From assembly GCA_010093815.1 (NCBI GenBank), contig ML996572.1: a stretch of 64,000 nucleotides of DNA; one strand, written 5' to 3'. Shown here one piece after another: positions 13,887 to 26,982 of this stretch (position 1 is its first letter; each line of letters starts with the position of its first letter). The notes below the pieces were generated by a model. It did not search any database and was not told the origin of the DNA. It saw only the letters and a list, made by a program, of their open reading frames with translations. The position numbers and the translations under genes were made by a program. The DNA comes from Pseudovirgaria hyperparasitica. Lineage: Eukaryota.

Positions 13887-16800
13887 ATGGCGACTCTGTT
13901 CTTCAAAAACCTTCCTGTGCACTGCACGCGGGAAGATGTTGAAGCTTTCCTGCAGCCTTATCTGCAGAGGTCAAACATCCACCACTACGACATCTTCAAA
14001 TTACCAGGCAAAGATTTTGCCAATGTCACCGTCTTGGATGCTAATAAGGCACAGCAGTTCATCTTGAAGCATGGGCGAAATACGAACACTCGAATGAGCC
14101 CATCCCCATTACGCTGGGAGGACGGGCGTATCGTTTCTGTCTCACGAGGAAATCGCGAGCCTGAGCACCTCAAGCTACGCTCCTTGAAATATGAGGAGAA
14201 CAAAAGGAACGATGTGCTGCAGAAACTAGCAAAACAACCTGGCAATGGCCGTCATCAGCTCCGCCGTCTGTTTCCCTTCCAATCTTTACAGTGTGGAACA
14301 TGGGGTGATGGAAATGGAGCCTTACGTGCCACGTTTATCTCACAGTATCTCAATGCACGTCGTGGTATTCTTATTTTTGGAAGGTCTACATTAGCAGTCT
14401 TGGTCAATTGCGAAAGCCCTGGAGACTGGAAGCGTCGCATGGACTTACCATACTTGAATATCTCAAACGTGGTTGTTGGAACCTGTTCAACGAACTGCGC
14501 TTTGACAATCACCATCCGGATGCCACCAAAGATATCAAGACCTGAAGTAGAGTCCGTGGAAACGGCCCAAGACCTGCCTTCTGAACTTGTGAATTTGATG
14601 CAGCAACTGTCTTTCGATAGACAGAAACCGAAAGACCGCAAGCAACGTATACGTGTCACAAGCCTATCACCAGATCACACGGCGTCAGTTGGTCACTGCT
14701 TCGTATATCAATTCAAATTGGCCAGCGCTGCTGAGATGAATTCGATTTCAACACTACTGAGCCACAACAGAGGAATGCCTTCAGCAACCCCACTTACGAC
14801 CTTGTACCGTTATAGGCCAAAGGAATCTGCTATAGGTATCCGTGCTCTACAGGATGAACTTGCGAGAGTTGATAACGACGCGGGATTTTTACCATTTCGA
14901 ATCAAATTCCAGACTGAAATGCTTGCAGTGAATGGCCACCTACCTCCTCGGACGGTACAACAGATGTTACCTACAATCATAAAATTGCACGATACTATGG
15001 GATTGGACGCTACTACTGATGCACTACAGCGTCTGGTTCGAAATCTGCCGGTGAGAAGCCCCTTGGAGGATTCCGAGCAGTTTAGCTTGCACTCGTTGAA
15101 CGCAAATCTCGAACTGATTGCCAGTAAATTCCATCCGGAAGGTACAATCTACGATCTGAAGAACCGTCACGATCATATTGCTCTGGTGCACAGAGTAACG
15201 ATAACGCCCGCCGGGTACTATCTGGAAGGACCATACCCTGAACCCAAGAACAGAGTACTCCGGAAGTATGACGGCCAAACAGACATGTTCTTGCGTGTCA
15301 TTTTCGCCGACGATGATGGCGAACAACTACATTTCGGTGCCCACGGCTCGCCGCTAGAGATCTTTAGCGAACGATTCAAGCCTGCCATAAAGTCGCCGAT
15401 CAAAATCGGAGGTTTTGGCTTCAAGTTCCTGGGATTCTCACACTCGTCTCTCAGAAGCCAAACGTGTTGGTTCATGGCTCCATTCGTCCACCATAGCTCT
15501 TTGATCCATTCTCAAGAAGTTGTGAAGGACCTGGGAGACTTTAGCACGATAAGGTGTCCTGCCAAATGTGCTGCCAGAATCGGGCAAGCATTCTCGGATA
15601 CTACAACTAGTATCGCAGTCAAAAAGGAGAGCGTGGGCGCACAGCACGACGTTGAACGAAACGGGCGTGTCTTCAGCGATGGCTGCGGAACAATCTCCTT
15701 GGAACTTCTTCGCCGCGTATGGAGGGACTCTACAGTCCGCGGGATGGTCCCGACTTTGTTGCAAATTCGCTTCGCTGGTAAGTTTAGCCATTTCGACTCG
15801 CATTGATACTTCTGCTAAATGGTACCAGGAGCGAAAGGTATGCTATCTCTCGATACTCGACTGAACGGGGAAAAGCTCATTCTGCGGCAATCTATGGTGA
15901 AATTTGAGGGTACGCCTGCGTTAGACATTGAGCTGTGCGGTTCTAATCCTAGACCGTTGCCCTTCTATCTCAATCGCCAGTTCATCAAGATTCTGGAAGA
16001 CCTCGGTGTCCCACCAGAAGTCTTCCTGGAGCTTCAGGCTATCGAACTTGAGCGGCTGAAATTAATAACGACAAAACCTATCAATGCGGCCAACTATCTT
16101 GACCACAACCGCATGTGTAACGGTCAGCGACTACCAAGCCTCCTAAAAATGCTTGATGATATTGGAATCCTCTTTCATGCCGATGACTTCCTGAGAGACA
16201 CGGTGGAGATGGTCGCTCTGGTCCAGCTTCGAGATGTGAAACACCGAGCACGCATACCGGTTGCACAAGGGGTCACCTTGTACGGCATCATGGACGAAAC
16301 AGGGATCCTCCGTGAGGGTGAGGTATATTGTGTGACCGAAAGTGACGGAGCCCGACGAGTCCTTGCAGGACAGGTTGCGATAACTAGGGCTCCGGCAATG
16401 CATCCTGGGGACGTGCAAGTTGTGACGGCAGTAGATGTCCCTGACGAATCACCGCTTAGTCATCTATACAACTGCGTGGTATTTAGCCAACATGGAAGCA
16501 GGGATCTGCCCAGTCAATTGTCTGGTGGTGATCTTGACGGCGACTTGTTCAGCATCGTGTACGATCGACGACTCCTGCCCAGAAAAACATACCTACCAGC
16601 AGACTACCCGAGAGTGAAAGCCCTAGACATAGGACGCGAAGTGCAAACAGAAGATATGACTGACTTCTTCATTGACTTCATGGCCAGCGATCAGCTTGGC
16701 CGCATCTCGAATATGCACGTCCAGCTTGCTGACAGGCACCCCGAGGGAACAGTCAACGCGCAATGTATCCAATTAGCTGAACTCGCCTCGACAGCAGTCG

Positions 16801-17654
16801 ACTTCTCGAAAAGCGGAATACCTGTCAATCAAGACATGTTCCCAAAATTCGACAACAGATATCACCGTCCAGATTTCATGGCTCCGGGTCCACGTGTCCA
16901 GATGACGCAATATGGACCTAACATAGAAGAAGATGACACCTATGATCCTGCCGAGAAAGACGCAGTGAAAGAGCTGGATCCTGCGTTTGGCTACAAGTAC
17001 TACGAATCTGATAAGGTTCTTGGTCGACTCTATCGGGCCATCGATGAAGGCCGGTTCTTTGCGGAAATGCAGTCCGCAAGCCGCCGGGCGCTGCGTGACC
17101 TCTCCTATTCCGAGACACTTGTTTCGAAAGTCTGGAACTATGTCAAGCGCGAGGCTGCAGGATATATATATGAGCAATACATTGAAGAAGCTCAGGACAT
17201 TCGCTACGCGTACGACCTCAACATGGCCGACACCATGGCCCAGTACACGACGTACCCATCTCATCCACTGACCGAGAGAGAGGTCTTCTCTGGTACCATC
17301 ATTGGCAAATCGACCGGAGGTCAAAGCAAGCAAACCCGCGAACTGGCCACGGCGATGAAACAACAGTACGAGCGCGATGTGAAGTATACGCGAGAGTGGA
17401 TCATGCGCAGCGAGGACAGCGAGGAGGGTGACACAACGGAGGCGCTACCGCGTGCAATGGCGTGTTTTGAAGTTGGACTGGAGAAGGACCCGGAGTGGCA
17501 GACGCACAAGGTCGAGAGCTTCAAGTATGTTGCCGCCGAGGTGTGCTTGAGTGAGCTAAAGAAAATGAACGGTGGGATCTTGAGAAGAGATGTGAGGCGT
17601 ATCCCGACCAGATATGCGACCGCGGGTACTCATCATCCCGGCTATCATGCTTGA
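13887..17654 (+). CDS. Cellular (RNAi-type) RNA-dependent RNA polymerase with an N-terminal RRM-like region
   Basis: NRVLRKY, FLRVIFADDDG, FLGFSHSSLR, KCAARIGQAFS, FSDGCGTIS, QIRFAG|AKGML (intron ~15778-15828), RAPAMHPGD and the catalytic SGGDLDGD, then AVDFSKSG. Confidence 0.95.
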
Positions 17655-18092
17655 AATTCTGCATAGACGTTGGGAGAATTTGTATTAGGGGGGCAGCTTG
17701 CAGTGCATTGAAGCGAATCACTGAAGTGCAGTACGGTCTTTGCAAACAAGGATTTCGGTTAGAATACTCGAGGTTCGAGTATTTTTTTATAACGCAGATT
17801 ATGATTCAATAACCCAGTAGGTTATCTTTCACGGCTCTACTGATGACATGAGAAGTACTGGGGCTTTTCGATGTATTTATGACTGACAGAATGACTTACG
17901 AATTTACTATACGCGATTGCTCGTGAATCTCCTTCTTGCTTGGGTCTGATGTCTACACGTGCGCTCTCATGTTCATGTTTCACGTCTCTCTGATGCTCAG
18001 AGGTTCTGCGTTGTTACATGAGTTTTCTATTTGGTCAGCGAGACAAAAAGCTATATACAAGTCGGAGCTGTGCAAAGTGGTTAAAGTTGAAT

Positions 18093-19426
18093 TCATATCG
18101 GAGTCTGTATATACCCCTGAAGGCGCATCAACTGCATCTGCACATTCCGCGTCCACTTGCTCTCAGTCAACGCAATCCACTTCGCATTCCTAAACCTTGT
18201 TTCGGCAAGGATCTCCTTCGCCATATCCTCACCAAACAGGTCCCAGAGATGATACAGCGCGACTTTCCTGTCTCTATACGGCATTGTCGGATACTGCACG
18301 GGCGGATACTTCACCTTCTCTTGCAGTCGAGAGAGGCCTATCTGCTCCGGTGGGAATGTGTCCGTTTTGTCTTCATCCCTGCGGCGCGCCCTGTCAAACA
18401 TTTCTGCGACTATCATCACGCCCTTTTCGATGAAAGCAATCATTTTATTCGCTTCGTTGACTTGCTCGGCAAAATCGCTCGGGCCAGGGCCTCCGACGTA
18501 GAGCATACATGCCACATTGTCGTGCTCTGCGAGCGTCTGCGGATCCTCGACAGCAACTGCCCACGCATCCGGGCCTTTCTTCTTGTTCTTCAGCGTCAGC
18601 GCGAGCGTTCTGCGAGCGTGGGCCCGGCTGAGATCCAGGTACAGGTCCGCGAGATCTGGGCGCCATTTCACCTGTCCCTTGAACATGCGCGGCATCCACT
18701 TTGGCCGCATATTGACCACCATGGCCTGAGCGACGCGCATGATCGAGTTTCTGCTCTGCGGAGTCGTATTCTTCCCAAGGGTTTTGCTGAGGCGTTTCTT
18801 CTTCTCGCTGAGATGCGGCTTGGTGCCGCCTTCGCCGAAGAGGAAATTGGCGAGCTTTTGGGAATTTAAGTGTGAGATGGCGCATTTTGCGGGTCGGGCT
18901 TCGCGGTTGATTTTCCCGAAATCGGTGATGGGTAGGAACCACTCTGTGTCTGTGCTGGGGTCGCGTTTGATGGTCAGGTTGCGCATGAAGAAGGAGGGGA
19001 GGTTCTGTTGCGTGACGGAGCATTGGCGGACAGGCATCGCGAGCGCGTGAGCTGGGACAAGTCAGTACTGGTGATAAGACGGGTGTTGTGGTACGCGACT
19101 GTGGCATACATACCGTATGGGTTATTGTTGATTCTCTCGCGAAAAGGAGTGATGTCGGCCGGCGTCGGGAGGGGTTTCGGCCTCGTCCAGCGACGTCGAG
19201 CAGCTTTCACTACTGTGTTGAGGAGGGGTGGGAGTGGTAATGGCGCATTATTGCCCAGTCGGACTCGCTGCGTGGGTAGTCCATCATCCTGTGCCGAATC
19301 TTTGTCGTTGAAGAGTCGTGCAGACAAGTTGAAGTGCTGCGTCCAAACTCTGGGCGCAGTTCGACATTGCTGAACCAGAAGACGTGACCTGCAGAGTAGC
19401 GGTCCCGAATGGATGCTCACGATCAT
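18093..19426 (-). CDS. Probable mitochondrial protein, RRG8-like/uncharacterised fungal family
   Basis: Arg/Ser/Leu-rich presequence-like N-terminus. Intron 19052-19113 joins NNPY|AHALAMPVRQCSVTQQNLPSFF, an NPYAxxLAxPxRxCxxT..LP pattern I recall from RRG8-like fungal proteins; the family assignment is tentative. Confidence 0.6.
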
Positions 19427-19595
19427 GGAGGATCTCGCATGGCTCCAGGAGGTAGAGGTGCTGAATGAGAAAATTGCGGACCTCCGAAGCTTTCACGGAG
19501 GTCAGCCCTATAAGTCTTGGCATCTATGACTAGCTCCAGAGCTTCTCATTCCCTTCGAGCGCACAATCAGCCTTCAATCAAACACATATTCTACA

Positions 19596-20559
19596 ATGTG
19601 GCGGCCTGTATCAAGGCAATTACCTCGAGCATATGCGCGACCATCTACTGTTCAGTGTAGTTGGTTTCAACGACGAACGTTTAGCTTGCCTTCAAGTACA
19701 CCCAAAGCTCCCCACGCATGGTCGCCCACACCTTATGTTACAGAGACCATAGTATGGAAGCGCTTGGCGTTGCAGCTCTATCAAAATACTTGCTGACACT
19801 GTCGTAGGGAGGAGGCTGGCATACATGTAAGCTTCGAGGGCAACAAGCCATACGTAGCTGATACTAATGCTGCCTCCAAGACGACATCTTCTCCCGGCTA
19901 CTCAAAGTACGCTAGACACCACCTTCACCCTTATATGTCCACGACTGACTGACTACTGCGTAGGAGCGGATAATATGTCTGAACGGCGAAGTGGATGAAG
20001 CCACCTCGGCCTCCATCGTAGCCCAACTCCTCTTCCTCGAAGCCGACAACCCCGAGAAACCCATCAATCTCTACATCAACTCGCCCGGCGGCTCAGTCAC
20101 AGCAGGTACATCATTCGCGGTTTCTCCAGCACTACGCCCAAGAACGACACTGACTATTCAGGTCTTGCAATCTACGACACCATGACCTACATCCGCTCCC
20201 CAGTAACCACCATCTGCGTCGGCCAGGCCGCCAGCATGGGCTCTCTCCTTCTTTGCGGCGGCGCGCCCAAGAGTCGTTTTTGTCTACCCCACAGCTCGAT
20301 CATGGTGCACCAGCCCAGCGGCGGATACCACGGACAAGCATCGGACATTGCAATCCACGCAAAGGAGATTCTGCGCGTAAGAAAACAGTTGAACGAGATA
20401 TACCAGCGACATTTGACAAAGGAACACTCTCTGGATGAGATAGAGAAGTTTATGGAGAGAGACTACTTCATGAGTGCGCAGGACGCGCTGGAGATGGGGA
20501 TTGTGGACCGGATACTGACGAATCGGGCGGATGAGGAGAGGGAGAGCGAGCAGAGGTGA
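19596..20559 (+). CDS. clpP: Mitochondrial ATP-dependent Clp protease proteolytic subunit
   Basis: Presequence, then [92 protein letters not shown], with the Ser-His-Asp triad. Confidence 0.96.
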
Positions 20560-20743
20560 GATTGGGAATTGTAGGATTAAAGATTGAATGATGTCCTAGT
20601 TCTTCAGTGTCAAGGCTTGACTTGTGAATCCGTACTGACGATTTCATCTTGCATGTGCAAGCGAACAGGACAGGAAGTAAGAAAACGGTCTATTCATCAT
20701 GCATAAGCCCGCACTATGGGCGAAGCAGTATGCCATGAGCAGT

Positions 20744-21639
<896 letters not shown>

Positions 21640-23002
21640 TCATACAGACCCGCGTCTGGCTGCGGAGCACGTGAGTCCGAGAGAAAGACGTCACAGAAAT
21701 GGTCTAAATAGAGCCCGAGACACCGGATAGATGTGAAATACTTCGTTGAGAAGGCTCTGATATGAGACTAGCTAGCACTTGGCTTCGACAACTCTAGTGT
21801 CACTGCTTCTAGATGACTGTGCTTTGTGAAAGCACCGAAGAGGCTTTGATATATTCTTGCCTGTTTCAGGAGGAAGCAGCTGTTCAAAGAGAGAGTCAAC
21901 GACGGATCCAATCTTCAGGGCACAAGACGAGGACGGTAGCAGATAGGTAGCAGTAGGCGAGAGAGAGAGAGTGAGGTGTAATAACATGGTAGGCAGGTAT
22001 GCTCGGTAGTCAGTGTATATTGGGCCGCCACGTGACCAGGTTCTAGCGTCCTTGCTCCCGGCGTTAGCGTTCCCTTCTTTCAACATCAACACCAACATGC
22101 TGCTTGCATAACTTTGTCAAGTCAGACATAATTCGAGTGCGAAAGTAGAAAGTATACTCTATATGCTTCTGCCCTCCATAATACGACGCTGATCGAAATC
22201 TCTCGACTCGGCTAGAAAGAAGCGAGAATGTACCAGACTTACAGCGTCTCAGAACCGTTTCGGCGGTGGTCCTCATTCATGGACATCACATTCTGAAATG
22301 AGGGCCGCGTACCACAATATCTAATAGTAGACGATGCACCGCTACTATCAAGACAAAACGATCATTGCCATACTTGACAGTATGCGAACGCCATCGAAAG
22401 ACTATTCTTTAGCTATTAGCTCGATCATAAATCACCGTGGACGTCTCTATCAAGCATGCATTCAGACAACACAGAAATTCAAGACACTCGCAAACGCATA
22501 GTCAGCCATGAAGTATAGCATCAGATAGTGACCCCCAAAAACCCCCTTACACCAACCGTTTGACCACCCACCTCCCACTGCCACGCCAGATCTTTGATAC
22601 AATGCCTCCCACACAAGTCCACCAAATCGCATACAGATCCGCACCAAAACCCCCAACAGCCCCAAATACACTCTGCAACAGCAATCATACACGCACAGCC
22701 GCCAATCCCCAACGGAAAGTCCATATACCCGGTTTCATCATCCCTTAATAATTACAGCATGTATACCTGTGACCCTCTGTCCTCCCCCGGTGCCCCGACT
22801 CCTTTTTAAGAAAGCATCTCCTCGTCTCCTCGATATCTCATTCTACAATTCCTCCTCGTGAAATCCACCTATATACCCCTCCCAAAACCACAAATATATA
22901 CACTTTCCTGTCGCTAGACGACATCCACTCTGTCCATACACACCACCGCCGTTACCAAACGCACATCAAACCCAAACCACCACTACTCCTACCAAACTCA
23001 CC

Positions 23003-23301
23003 ATGAAGTTCCTCATCCTCGCTACTCTAACAGCGCTCCTCTCCATGGCCGCTGCAGTGCCTGTTATCTCACGTATGCTTACCCACCCCGCTCTGTTCCC
23101 TCTCTCCCTCATCCTCTCCCTCTCTCATCCTCTCCCTCTCTCATTCTCTCCCTGTTTTACATACACATGCCACCACAACAATACGTATAACACAAAGCTA
23201 ACCGATATGCCAAACAAACAGGAGGAGACACAGACCCATCCATGGCGCCAGACGGCGAAGTAGTACCGTTTGTTGCGGCGGGTGCAAAGGGGGACGCGTG
23301 A
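23003..23301 (+). CDS. Small secreted peptide (49 aa), spliced
   Basis: Good ATG context (CACCATG) and a signal peptide MKFLILATLTALLSMAAA. Intron GTATGC(23073)...GCTAAC...CAG(23221) gives MKFLILATLTALLSMAAAVPVISRGDTDPSMAPDGEVVPFVAAGAKGDA*. Confidence 0.7.
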
Positions 23302-23621
23302 GCGTGATCGAAAGAAGTTAAGAAGGAAGGAAGGAAAGATGGAAGGAATTGTTACAACCTACGATTATATCGGGGTCTATGGGCTTACTTGGATGGATGG
23401 CTGGTTGGATAGTCGGATAGCCGGATTGGATGGTTATGGATGTACAGACACACACATACACAACACCCTAGAAAGCAGCGGTTTTAGCATGGATGACAAA
23501 TACACAATCACATCAGTCACATACACAACACAACACACACACACACTAGTCACAGACATAGATCATAGAAACGAAGAGTGTAGCATTGCAAGCCACCCAC
23601 CACTATTCCAGCAAAGGGACA

Positions 23622-26600
23622 CTACGGACTACCGCTGCCACTACTCGAATGCTGCTGCCCGATGATACCATGCACAGGATACACGCCAGACCCGTTCGTT
23701 TGGCTAGGGTACCCCGATCCCACGACCGGGCTCAGCGGATCTCGTTGACTGCCGCTACCACTACTACCCGATGTGCCACTGCCACTGCCGCTCGAGTCCT
23801 TGCGCTCGTTGTCAATCGGTCCCCAAGCATACGGACCGGGGAAATGAGATGCAGGCTCTATAGGAAGTGGCTTGCCGTGCGGGTGATTGAAGTCGTCGTC
23901 CTCATCGTCTGTGAAACCTGCGACGTCGGAGAGTAAGGACGAGGAGCGGCCTCCACGGGGCGGTTGGTAGTACACAAACCCATTGCCATTGCCGTTCGCG
24001 TTACCATTCCCATTAAGACTGTGGCTGAAATGCATGGGGCCCATGGACATATTGTGCTGGCGGGTGGGCTGGCTGATCATGGCTAGGTGAGCATCGGGTG
24101 AGCTGGGACGCTGCTGCTGAGCTGCTTGAAAGACGGCTTCCATGTGCTGGTTGTGCTTTTCGAGCTCAGCAATGCCGGCACGTGCAATAGCGGTATTCTG
24201 TTCGAAGCTTTCGATGTAATCGAGCCAGGACTGCTCCTCCATGGCGCGACCGGACAATTCGGCGGCACGACGGTTCTTCCGCTCTTGTTCGTTCGCAGCA
24301 GCAGCGAGGAGCTTGTCGCGCTGTTCGTCGAGCTTGGCCTTCCGGGCAGCGAGACGCTCGCGCTTTTGAAGAGCTGAAGTGATGTCTTGCTCGATGCTAG
24401 AGACTTGGCGGTCATGTTCGGATTTACAGCGTTTGAGCTCCTCTTCAACTGACGCTTTGCGGTCCATTTCCACTCGCCACGCCTTCTTGCGCGCGTAGTA
24501 CTCGTCGTGTTCTTCCTCGGGAATGTCACCTGATGTAGCGAGTTGGGCTTCCAGATTAGCAATATCGTCCTCGGTCTGCGCAACTTCGAGCTTCATTTGG
24601 AGGAGTCTGGACTGCTGCCGATCGTCGTTTCCACCAGCGCCAGCAATACGGTTCTTGTGTCGGTCGAGATCTGAGCGCAGAGCTGTTATTTGCTTCTGGT
24701 GTTCACGCTTGGTACGCTTCGATCGGTTGCGTAGCTCTGACAAAGTCTGTTCATTCGTAGTGATAGATTCTTTGAGAGTCGTTGCGGGTGAAGAAGGTCG
24801 TAGTTTTGGAGCTGCCGGAGACGCAGTAGGAGCTGTGGTTTAATTAGCGAATTCACGTTTCGGTAATAGATAGACCTGTTGAACCCACCAAGTTCTGCAC
24901 TTGGGTCCCGAGCAGTGATAATGCTTGTCGTGCATAACACTGCGTCATCCGTGGCTTTCACAAATTCGATCAAATAATTCGAGAAGGCTGTCAGCCCATA
25001 TATCTCGCCCTTCCACTCCGTGTAAGATCCAGTATCGGTGTTTCTCGTGCGGATTTTGTCTATATCGGTCGAACGCCAGACCGTCCCATTCACGCGAACG
25101 TAGATGGGCTTAGTCGACTTTCCAGTCTGGAATGCGCTCTCCTCGAGCTCGCGTTCTCGATCCTCGCCTGTCTGGTATAGATTGGCACCGAACAAAACTT
25201 CCGCAGATGCTACGGTTGATATCCAAATTCTGTCCTCCTCGCCATGGAATTTGGCATTACCTATATGGTTTGGGTCGGTGGCACTGGCTTCGTCGGCATC
25301 ATTAGCAGCTTTGCTTTGCTCCACCTCTTTTATAACTGTGACTTTGGTACTTGCAATGGCGGCCCAAAAAGGCTGCTGACTTCGAACATACGCGGCTTGT
25401 CGTTTCTTTCTTTTCGTAGATATGGCCTTTTCTTTTGCTTCACGATGTGCAGGTGGCTGCCCAGGGGGTCGCCCGTCCGTACTCGACGTTGTCGTAACAT
25501 CCGGACTCCCATCGGCACTAACAGAATTCTTTCGAGCCTGGGCAGACGCCGCGACTTCCGGGTCCTGTGGAGTTTTTCTACTGTTCGGGATTGGAGGTAA
25601 TGGCGGGTGTGCGAGCGATCGTCGGATAACCCTTAAAACTCCCTGCGAAATAATGTGGACACCTAACAGACTCCGGACCCAGCCGGAAGGAGTGGAACAG
25701 CTGAAAGAACGTGGTATCGAGTCATTTGTCGGTTCAACAAGACTGTAACCGGCTTTTGACAGCAGCACACTCGTAGCATCGACCAGGTGGTGTCGTAGGA
25801 AACCACAGCGGTTGAGGTTCGAGGCCCCGACAATCAAAATCGATATCACGATGCTGTTTGTCATCCCTCCTTTGCCCGCGGCTGCACCTCCAAGAGATAT
25901 CGCAATCACAGCCTGCGCTAGATCCAACACAAAATTTTGCACCGGTACCCAAAGCGCCAGCCAGGCACACAGTATCACACCATCAACAAATATTATCAAG
26001 CCAATTGACGGAGTTCCTCCTGCGCCCTGGAATATGTCCGTCATTGAGGGGAAGGCCGATGTTGACGACGCAGTGGGAGGCGGGACAAAGGTGAGGGCGG
26101 TAAATAGAAAATGAAGGATGGTGAGCGCGGTTGGCCCAAGTTGGAGAAGAATGATGAGGATGGCAATGACATCTTGCAGCGGACAAGATGAGAGTATTGT
26201 CGTGGCGAGCGAGAAAGCATTTCTTTTGGATCCAGAAGCAGTAGTATATCCATTGGGCTGGCGCGGCGAGTCCGTGGAGGCAACCACGGAACCGTTCGCG
26301 TTCGCGTGCTCGAAATCCGGAATGTCAAGTGAAGCGTCAGACGGTATTCTGTCTCTTCCACCAGTAACAGGCTTTGTATTGACCTTCCCAGCCATATCCA
26401 CGTCAATGCCATGGGTCGAACCGTTGGGCGTGGCAGGTAACGGAGTGTTTTGGTCTACATCTGCGGCGGGCAGCGGCGGCGAGGAAGACTTGGGCTTTCC
26501 ATTTGTCTGGCCATTGAGGTTCTGAGACGAGCGTTGCTTGGGGATGCGCTTTCCAGGAGCTGCGAGACCACTCTCATGGCGCTTGTCGTGCTGATTCGCC

Positions 26601-26629
26601 GCGTTCCTTCTGCTGGACTTTTGTGGCAT
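23622..26629 (-). CDS. acrB: AcrB-like ubiquitination-network signalling membrane/coiled-coil protein
   Basis: N-terminus KRHESGLAAPGKRIPKQRSSQNLNG; TM block DVIAILIILLQLGP..FVLDLAQAVIAISLGG; RSQQPFWAAIASTKV; coiled coil after an intron near 24835-24890. Resembles Aspergillus AcrB from memory. Confidence 0.8.
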
Positions 26630-26958
26630 CAGCAGGCCGTATCCGCGGCTGACAGTTCCAAACCAGCTCGGCAAGACAGAGCAAGACGAGCCTGGAAAAT
26701 GGAACGAAGCCGCTACAAGACAAGGTGGTGGTGTGCAGGATGCGGAGGAGAGTGATGCAGAGGTGTTTTGTCGAGGTCGAAAGTTGAGTCAGGGAGGAAG
26801 AAGAGGTTGTCGGAATAGTAGAAAGCGGCGGACAGTTCTGCGTTCTGTGGCGCTGAGCCGACCCCCAAGGCTCAAGCTCACCACAGCCAGACAGGGCTGC
26901 TGCCGACCTTAATACACACACTACTGGCAAACACTGGGGAATAGCACTGAACGACAAT

Positions 26959-26982
26959 GGGACTGGGACTGGGACTGGGACT
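26959..26982. repeat. (GGGACT)4 hexanucleotide repeat upstream of acrB
   Basis: gggactgggactgggactgggact. Confidence 0.85.

Noticed and set aside
17763..17788. 9-bp hairpin followed by a T-run downstream of the RdRP
   Set aside because: It resembles a bacterial intrinsic terminator, which has no role for Pol II; probably chance or 3' UTR structure.
18018..18869. 283-aa + strand ORF and many similar antisense or alternate-frame ORFs (e.g. 9787-10181, 16773-17363, 38910-39704, 40560-41225)
   Set aside because: They are shadows of real genes or of low-complexity sequence, with no recognisable motifs.
23003..23301. The small peptide as RiPP precursor for the DUF3328 enzyme
   Set aside because: It is 36 kb away, has no repeated cores or KR-delimited units, and has no Tyr or Trp for typical cross-links.
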